The notes beneath the pieces were generated by a model that searched no databases, was not told the origin of the DNA, and was given only the letters and a program-made list of their open reading frames with translations. DNA of 59,128 nucleotides from NCBI GenBank assembly GCA_023253325.1, contig JALRGY010000003.1:1-59128 (forward strand), written 5' to 3'. The translations under genes were made by a program, and so were the position numbers. This DNA comes from Candidatus Nanopelagicales bacterium (GTDB taxonomy: Bacteria; Actinomycetota; Actinomycetes; S36-B12). Below are positions 54,432-59,128 of this stretch, one piece after another. The number at the start of each line of letters is the position of its first letter. The stretch's first letter is position 1.

Positions 54432-55186
54432 GACAAAACTCCGATCTGCTTCATAACTTCAACGAGGGCATCTGCTGCCTCGGCACCCGTGCCGAGGTTT
54501 GTTGCTCCCTTTGCCTCTTGAACGGGAACGACCAACTGCTTGGTGGTGATGCGTGAATCAGCAAATGAAACCTGCTTGATGTCAACGGGCTTTTTACGTG
54601 CTTTCATGCGACCCGGTACCGATGCATACCGCGGAATGTTGAGACCGTCTTTCACTGTTATCACAGCGGGAAGCGGCACCGTGTACACCTCTCGGGTTGA
54701 ACCCACGGCGCGCTCGCATGTGGCTATGCCGCCATCAATCTTGAGTCCCTTGACGGATGTCACAACCGGTAATCCAAGTTTGTGAGCAACGCGGATACCC
54801 GTTTGTGAGCCGCCGTAGTCCGCACTCTCTGAACCCATGAGCACCAAATCAAAGTCGGTGTCATCGGCACTAATTGCATCGGCCAGCGCCGCTGCCGCCG
54901 CCTGTGGATCAGGCTCAACACCATTGGTGTCGATCAAAATTGCTCGATCAGCACCAATGGCCATTTGCTCCCGGATCTGTTCTTCACCATCAACGTGTCC
55001 CATGTTGATGAGTGTGACCGAGCCGCCGTTTTCTTCGACCAGCTTCACGGCCGCCTCAACCGCGCACTCTTCGTGCGGACTCAGACCAAAGCCAACTTTT
55101 GACGTGTCAATGGCCATGTTGTCCGCGGTGAGCACGATTGCACTGCCAAGTAGTGGCACTCGTTTGATGCATACAGCAATGTCCAT
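54428..55186 (-). CDS. etfB: electron transfer flavoprotein beta subunit
   Basis: EtfB-like N-terminus (IAVCIKRVP) and overall fold. 4-nt overlap with etfA. Confidence 0.92.
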   Translation of the reverse strand: MDIAVCIKRVPLLGSAIVLTADNMAIDTSKVGFGLSPHEECAVEAAVKLVEENGGSVTLINMGHVDGEEQIREQMAIGADRAILIDTNGVEPDPQAAAAALADAISADDTDFDLVLMGSESADYGGSQTGIRVAHKLGLPVVTSVKGLKIDGGIATCERAVGSTREVYTVPLPAVITVKDGLNIPRYASVPGRMKARKKPVDIKQVSFADSRITTKQLVVPVQEAKGATNLGTGAEAADALVEVMKQIGVLS

Positions 55187-57705
55187 TACGCCATGATCCG
55201 TTCATTTGTTGGGTCGAAGAGACCTGCGATACCCGTTCGCTCCACAACAACCGGGTAGTGCTCGCCCATGTATTCCACGAGCAGTTCGGTTCCTTCGACG
55301 GCATACTCGGGGGGCAAGTAGCTCATGATGATGTGCTTGCCCAGCGATGGTGCACTGCCTGCACTTGTGGCAAATGACCGGCGGCCCTTGGCATCAGTGA
55401 TGGGTTGGCCATCCTTGGTAAGAATGGGTTCTCCACCAAGTGGGTACCGCTTCTCACCCGTTGAACTGGTGTGATCAGTGATGGTCAGGCCGCACATATG
55501 GGCAACCACAGGTTCATCGCGATGACGCAAATGGGCTGCTTTACCCGTGAAGTCTTGGTCCTTGACCTTCTTCATAGCCATGCCTGCCTCCAGCACGGTG
55601 TACTCGGAATCAAGTTCAGCGCCATAAGCGCGGTAGCCCTTTTCCAAACGTCCCGTTGTGCCGTAAACGCCAATGCCGACCGGAATCAAACCGAATTCCT
55701 GTCCCGCATCCCACACGGCATCCCAGAGTTTTGCGCCCTGCTCTGCAGGGATGTACAACTCCCAGCCCAGATCACCGACATAAGAGATTCTCGATGCAAG
55801 CACCCGCTGCGTCCCAATCTCGATCACTCTGCAGGTACCGAATGGGAATCCCTCGTGAGACAAATCCGCACTGGTGACTTTTTCCATGATCTTGCGTGCA
55901 TTGGGTCCCCAGATACCAATTGTTGACATCGCGGACGTCAGATCTGAAACAGATGCGGTTCCGTCTGCTGGCAAGTGATCGCGGAACCACTTCAGATCCG
56001 CCATGCCGTGCGCTCCACCGGTCACCACTCGGAAGTGATCGTGGCCAAGGCGCATGATGGTCAAGTCCGACTGGTAGCCACCATTGGGTTTGAGCACTGG
56101 CGTGTAAATAACCTTGCCCACGGCAACATCCATTTGACGCAACGCTGCTCGCTGTACGACGTCGAGCGCCGATGGTCCGGTGACATCGAAAATAGCGAAT
56201 GCCGAAAGGTCAACGAGTCCTGCAGTCTCGCGCATCTGCAAGTGCTCCGCATTGATAATTGGCGACCACCACCGTGATTCCCACTCTGATGTGCGTGGCA
56301 TGACTGCCTCGCCGAATTTTTCGACTAATGGGGCATTCACCTCGTACCAGAATGGACGCTCCCAGCCAACACCTTCGTAGAAGACCGCACCCAGGGCTTT
56401 TTCGCGCTCGTAATAGGGCGAGAGGCGAACATTGCGGTTGCTGTCCCATTGCTCAGCGGGATGCACGATTCCGTAGGTCTTGTTAAAACCTTCAGATGTT
56501 CGCGCACGAATGTGAGTGCGGGTCTTGTGATGGTCATAGAAGCGTGCAACATTCGATTGGTGGAGATCGATCTCTGGCTCACCGAGAACCATCCATTGGG
56601 CCATCATGCGCCCAACGCCCGGGCCCTCTTTGATCCAGACTGCAGCGGCTGACCACAAGCCTTTGACCTCAGGGGTCTCTCCAAGAATGGGCATGCCGTC
56701 AGGGGTCAATGAGAGCAGGCCATTAATGGCGTACTTTTGACCAACACTCTCGTTGCCAATGATTTGAGGCATGAGTTCATAGGAATGCTCATCCTGCAGA
56801 TCAAAGTCTTTTTGGGTGAATGGCATCTCGGTTGGTGAGAGGGCCGCTTCAGCGTTTGAAGGAATCTCATCAACGTCGTGCAGGATCGGGCGGTGAGCGT
56901 AAGACCCAACCTCAAGTCCTGTTCCATGCTGACGCTCGTACATGTTTGTGTCCATGTCGCGAACGATGGGGTACTCAATGTCACCCTTGGCATCGGCGAA
57001 TTCAGGAACTGGGCCGATGTCCTTCATCTGGTGAACTGCCGGCGTTAGTGGGATAGATGCCCCCGCCATTGCGGCGATCTTGGGACTCCAGCAACCGCAT
57101 GCGATAACAACGTATTCGGTCTTGATGGTGCCCTTGTCTGTGACAACGCCGCTGACCTTGCCGTTGGTGACTTCAATGTCCAGGACCTCGGTGTTCGCGG
57201 AGACCGTCAATGCACTGAGCGCCATTGCCTTTTCGCGCATGATCGTGCCCGCGCGGAGCGAGTCAACAACGCCAACGCTTGGGGTGTAAAAACCCGCGAG
57301 AATGACGGACTCGTCAATGAATGGAACAAGTTCCTTTACGCGTGCTGGTGTGATGATTTCTGTGTCTTCGATTTCAAATGATTTTGCAGAAGCCATCCGG
57401 CGATGCAATTCCTGTACGCGCTCGGGTGTGCGAGCAACTTCAATGCCGCCACACTCGGTGAAAACACCCATGTCTCGGTATTGGCGCACGCTGTCGGCGG
57501 TGAGTTGGGTGATTTCCTTGCCGTGGTCCACGGGGAAAATGAAGTTTGATGCGTGACCTGTCGAACCACCCGGGTTGGGCAGCGGTCCCTTGTCAACTTG
57601 CACAAGATCGCGCCAGCCGAGGTCGGCGAGATGGAAGGCAACGGAGTTGCCCACGATTCCTGCTCCAATAATTACGGCCTTGGCGGAGCTAGGCAGATCA
57701 CTCAT
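55186..57705 (-). CDS. FAD-dependent oxidoreductase fused to a GcvT-like aminomethyltransferase domain (dimethylglycine/sarcosine dehydrogenase family)
   Basis: N-terminal DAO fold AVIIGAGIVGNS and C-terminal folate-binding GcvT domains. About 839 aa from the ATG at 57705 (SD-like AAGGGA upstream). The ORF-track start is 57720. Confidence 0.88.
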   Translation of the reverse strand: MSDLPSSAKAVIIGAGIVGNSVAFHLADLGWRDLVQVDKGPLPNPGGSTGHASNFIFPVDHGKEITQLTADSVRQYRDMGVFTECGGIEVARTPERVQELHRRMASAKSFEIEDTEIITPARVKELVPFIDESVILAGFYTPSVGVVDSLRAGTIMREKAMALSALTVSANTEVLDIEVTNGKVSGVVTDKGTIKTEYVVIACGCWSPKIAAMAGASIPLTPAVHQMKDIGPVPEFADAKGDIEYPIVRDMDTNMYERQHGTGLEVGSYAHRPILHDVDEIPSNAEAALSPTEMPFTQKDFDLQDEHSYELMPQIIGNESVGQKYAINGLLSLTPDGMPILGETPEVKGLWSAAAVWIKEGPGVGRMMAQWMVLGEPEIDLHQSNVARFYDHHKTRTHIRARTSEGFNKTYGIVHPAEQWDSNRNVRLSPYYEREKALGAVFYEGVGWERPFWYEVNAPLVEKFGEAVMPRTSEWESRWWSPIINAEHLQMRETAGLVDLSAFAIFDVTGPSALDVVQRAALRQMDVAVGKVIYTPVLKPNGGYQSDLTIMRLGHDHFRVVTGGAHGMADLKWFRDHLPADGTASVSDLTSAMSTIGIWGPNARKIMEKVTSADLSHEGFPFGTCRVIEIGTQRVLASRISYVGDLGWELYIPAEQGAKLWDAVWDAGQEFGLIPVGIGVYGTTGRLEKGYRAYGAELDSEYTVLEAGMAMKKVKDQDFTGKAAHLRHRDEPVVAHMCGLTITDHTSSTGEKRYPLGGEPILTKDGQPITDAKGRRSFATSAGSAPSLGKHIIMSYLPPEYAVEGTELLVEYMGEHYPVVVERTGIAGLFDPTNERIMA

Positions 57706-57750
57706 GTGTTTCCCTTTCATAATGTTCTGCGTTCGGTGCAGAAGATTTAT

Positions 57751-58386
57751 TTAGATTGCTTGTGCCATTTCGGCTTCGAACTCACAAACATGCTTGTTCA
57801 TCACGTTAAACGCTCGGTCACTGTCACCTTCAATGACAGCCTCAACCAATTCCTTGTGCTCGAGCACCGCTTGACGCAAATGTCCAATGCGCCCCAATCC
57901 CAGATTCCAAATTCGCAGTGAATGCATGTAATAACGGTCCAGGTCTGCGGCGAGGTACGTGTTCTTGGTTGACTGGTAGATGTAGTGATGGATCCGTGAA
58001 TCAAGATCGATCAGTGCCCGCTCCTGATCCCTCAAGTTGCTGTTTTCCAGCACCTCAAGCTCATTGAGTGCGGTTCGCAGATTCATCAGGTCCTCGCTGG
58101 TACGGCGCTCTGCGGCCAATCGAGCAGCCATGGGCTCCAGGATTGCGCGCACCTCACTCATGGCACGTAGGTTGCGCGGGTCAACCCCAGCTACAAACAT
58201 GCCGCGGCGAGGGAAAACATCGATGAGGTGTTCGGCCGCGAGCATGCGGATGGCCTCACGAATGGGAGTGCGCCCAAGACCCAGGGATTCCTGTAGAGCC
58301 GGCTCTGAAACAACATCGCCAGGAGCCAATTCCCCCGTGCATATAAGGGTGCGAAGCCCCTCATAAGCCTCCTGAGTCAACGTCAT
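57751..58386 (-). CDS. GntR family transcriptional regulator (FadR-like FCD domain)
   Basis: wHTH segment LAPGDVVSEPALQESLGLGRTPIREAIRMLAAEHLI plus an FCD-like C-terminal domain. Confidence 0.85.
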   Translation of the reverse strand: MTLTQEAYEGLRTLICTGELAPGDVVSEPALQESLGLGRTPIREAIRMLAAEHLIDVFPRRGMFVAGVDPRNLRAMSEVRAILEPMAARLAAERRTSEDLMNLRTALNELEVLENSNLRDQERALIDLDSRIHHYIYQSTKNTYLAADLDRYYMHSLRIWNLGLGRIGHLRQAVLEHKELVEAVIEGDSDRAFNVMNKHVCEFEAEMAQAI

Positions 58387-58618
58387 GGGATAGATATATC
58401 AGTTATATATAAGTCTGCACAACCCCTTTGCCCTTTTTGGGAACTCTTTCTGGTCCCTCATGCGGGACTTCTGGGAGACTTTCGAGGAATCCTTGGCGCA
58501 CTTACGTTGGTTTGCGAGGTTTGAGGCCCGAATTATCCGATTTAATGGATGAGATCCAAGAATTTGCCGCACACCAACTGCACCACGCGACAAAGGCAAG
58601 CAGGTGGCTTCCCACGAA

Positions 58619-58655
58619 CTATTCGGGGGGAAGCAAGTTATCCGGGGAAAGCAAG
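58619..58655. repeat. imperfect tandem duplication of the 3-prime end plus stop of the ASKHA gene
   Basis: ttatccggggaaagcaag (real end, LAFPG-stop on the minus strand) is preceded on the plus strand by ctattcggggggaagcaag. Identity is about 80 percent with one indel. Confidence 0.4.
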
Positions 58656-59128
58656 TTCTCCCACAAAGCGGTCATTGAAGTCTTCGCGGTCAGAAAGTTC
58701 GACGTAGTGCACCAGATTCATGAGTGACTTCGCTCCATTGCGTTCAGAACCCGACAGGAGCACCATTTTTGCTCCCTCACCTGCGACATTCCCAGCACTC
58801 AGAATTCGCGTCGTAGCAATATCGGGGACCAGGCCAATCGCCTTCGCACTCTTGGCCGAGAGGTAACTGCCAAATGAACCGGCCAGGAGCACCTGTTGCA
58901 CGTCCTTTTGCTCAATGCCGTACTCCTCGAGCAAAATGGCCCAACCTGTTGAGATGGCAGCCTTGGCAAATTGAAGTTCGCGAACATCACGCTGCGACAG
59001 GAACACCTCCCGCTCGCCGGGTTCGGTCAACATGAAAATTCGTTCTTGCCCGCGCATGACGAGCCGTTGGGCCAGAGCTGGGCTGATGCTCTGTGCGAGC
59101 TCATCGGTGACATAGCGACCCGATTCAT
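58638..59128 (-). CDS. ASKHA-domain protein (DUF4445, RACo-like corrinoid reductive activase), C-terminal fragment (CDS continues off the right edge)
   Basis: The frame is open to the window end. The C-terminal sequence QFAKAAISTGWAILLEEYGI...VLLAGSFGSYL...IGLVP...SAGNVAGEGA is typical of DUF4445 ASKHA proteins. Confidence 0.6.
   Translation of the reverse strand, partial: ESGRYVTDELAQSISPALAQRLVMRGQERIFMLTEPGEREVFLSQRDVRELQFAKAAISTGWAILLEEYGIEQKDVQQVLLAGSFGSYLSAKSAKAIGLVPDIATTRILSAGNVAGEGAKMVLLSGSERNGAKSLMNLVHYVELSDREDFNDRFVGELAFPG

Noticed and set aside
58387-58637. 250-nt spacer upstream of the second gntR, examined for a riboswitch, sRNA or small ORFs (track ORFs 58399-58599 and 58428-58727).
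   Set aside because: I could identify no recognisable riboswitch core such as glycine, THF, cobalamin or ZTP. The ORFs lack coding-like composition and family resemblance. The AT-rich 58390-58412 segment is most simply the gntR promoter.
1-59128. Search for tRNA, rRNA, tmRNA, IS elements, integrases, prophage or defence islands.
   Set aside because: Intergenic regions are short (mostly under 150 nt) and none folds into an obvious cloverleaf by eye. No transposase, integrase, phage or known defence-protein signatures appear in any long ORF. The only accessory-type element is the RelE/Phd pair.

Overview
This 59.1-kb window is densely coding and moderately high in GC. Its conserved synteny (coaX, panC, folKBPE, ftsH, hpt, tilS, dacB, ppa) is typical of Actinomycetia, and it looks like a streamlined Micrococcales/Microbacteriaceae-type genome. 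I call about 62 CDS, mostly on the minus strand. I recognised no rRNA, tRNA, CRISPR array, transposase or integrase.

Gene blocks, left to right:
1. 1-3.1 kb: hydantoinase fragment, GntR regulator, amidohydrolase, HAD hydrolase.
2. 3.2-8.2 kb: operon coaX, nadC, nadB, panC plus a DUF2520 Rossmann protein.
3. 8.3-10.5 kb: a MidA/NDUFAF7-like methyltransferase next to an orphan NuoD-like protein.
4. 10.6-11.2 kb: a RelE/Phd toxin-antitoxin pair with a perfect palindromic operator.
5. 11.2-20.5 kb: DUF3180, folK, a fused folP-folB, folE, ftsH, hpt, tilS, a Zn-metalloprotease, dacB and ppa.
6. 20.6-22.7 kb: SQR-like flavoprotein, TusE/DsrC-like protein and DsrE-like protein.
7. 22.8-28.2 kb: pstC-pstA-pstB-pstS plus a degenerate second PstS-like lipoprotein, with PHO-box-like GTTCAC repeats upstream.
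8. 28.2-34.1 kb: molybdenum cofactor locus (mog/moaB, moaC, moeA, xdhC, moaD, moaA, moaE, mocA-like).
9. 34.1-36.4 kb: cupin lipoprotein and membrane proteins.
10. 36.5-40.2 kb: secreted seven-bladed Vgb-like propeller, a small ORF with a canonical double-glycine leader, and a DHA2 MFS exporter.
11. 40.2-41.7 kb: FeS-BCP (6-4) photolyase-type protein.
12. 41.8-45.5 kb: proline-racemase-family protein, secreted protein and a membrane alpha/beta hydrolase.
13. 45.6-58.4 kb: a roughly 12.8-kb co-directional one-carbon oxidation cluster (gntR, dimethylglycine/sarcosine dehydrogenase-like, etfBA, fhs, fdhD, fdsGBAD, orf96).
14. Right edge: a truncated RACo-like ASKHA protein.

The most unusual observations are:
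- the orphan double-glycine-leader peptide module;
- the MidA-like/NuoD-like gene pair;
- tandem duplications of gene 3-prime ends, stop codon included, at moaD, moaA and the proline-racemase-family gene.

Coordinates of motifs I counted by hand may be off by 1-2 nt.
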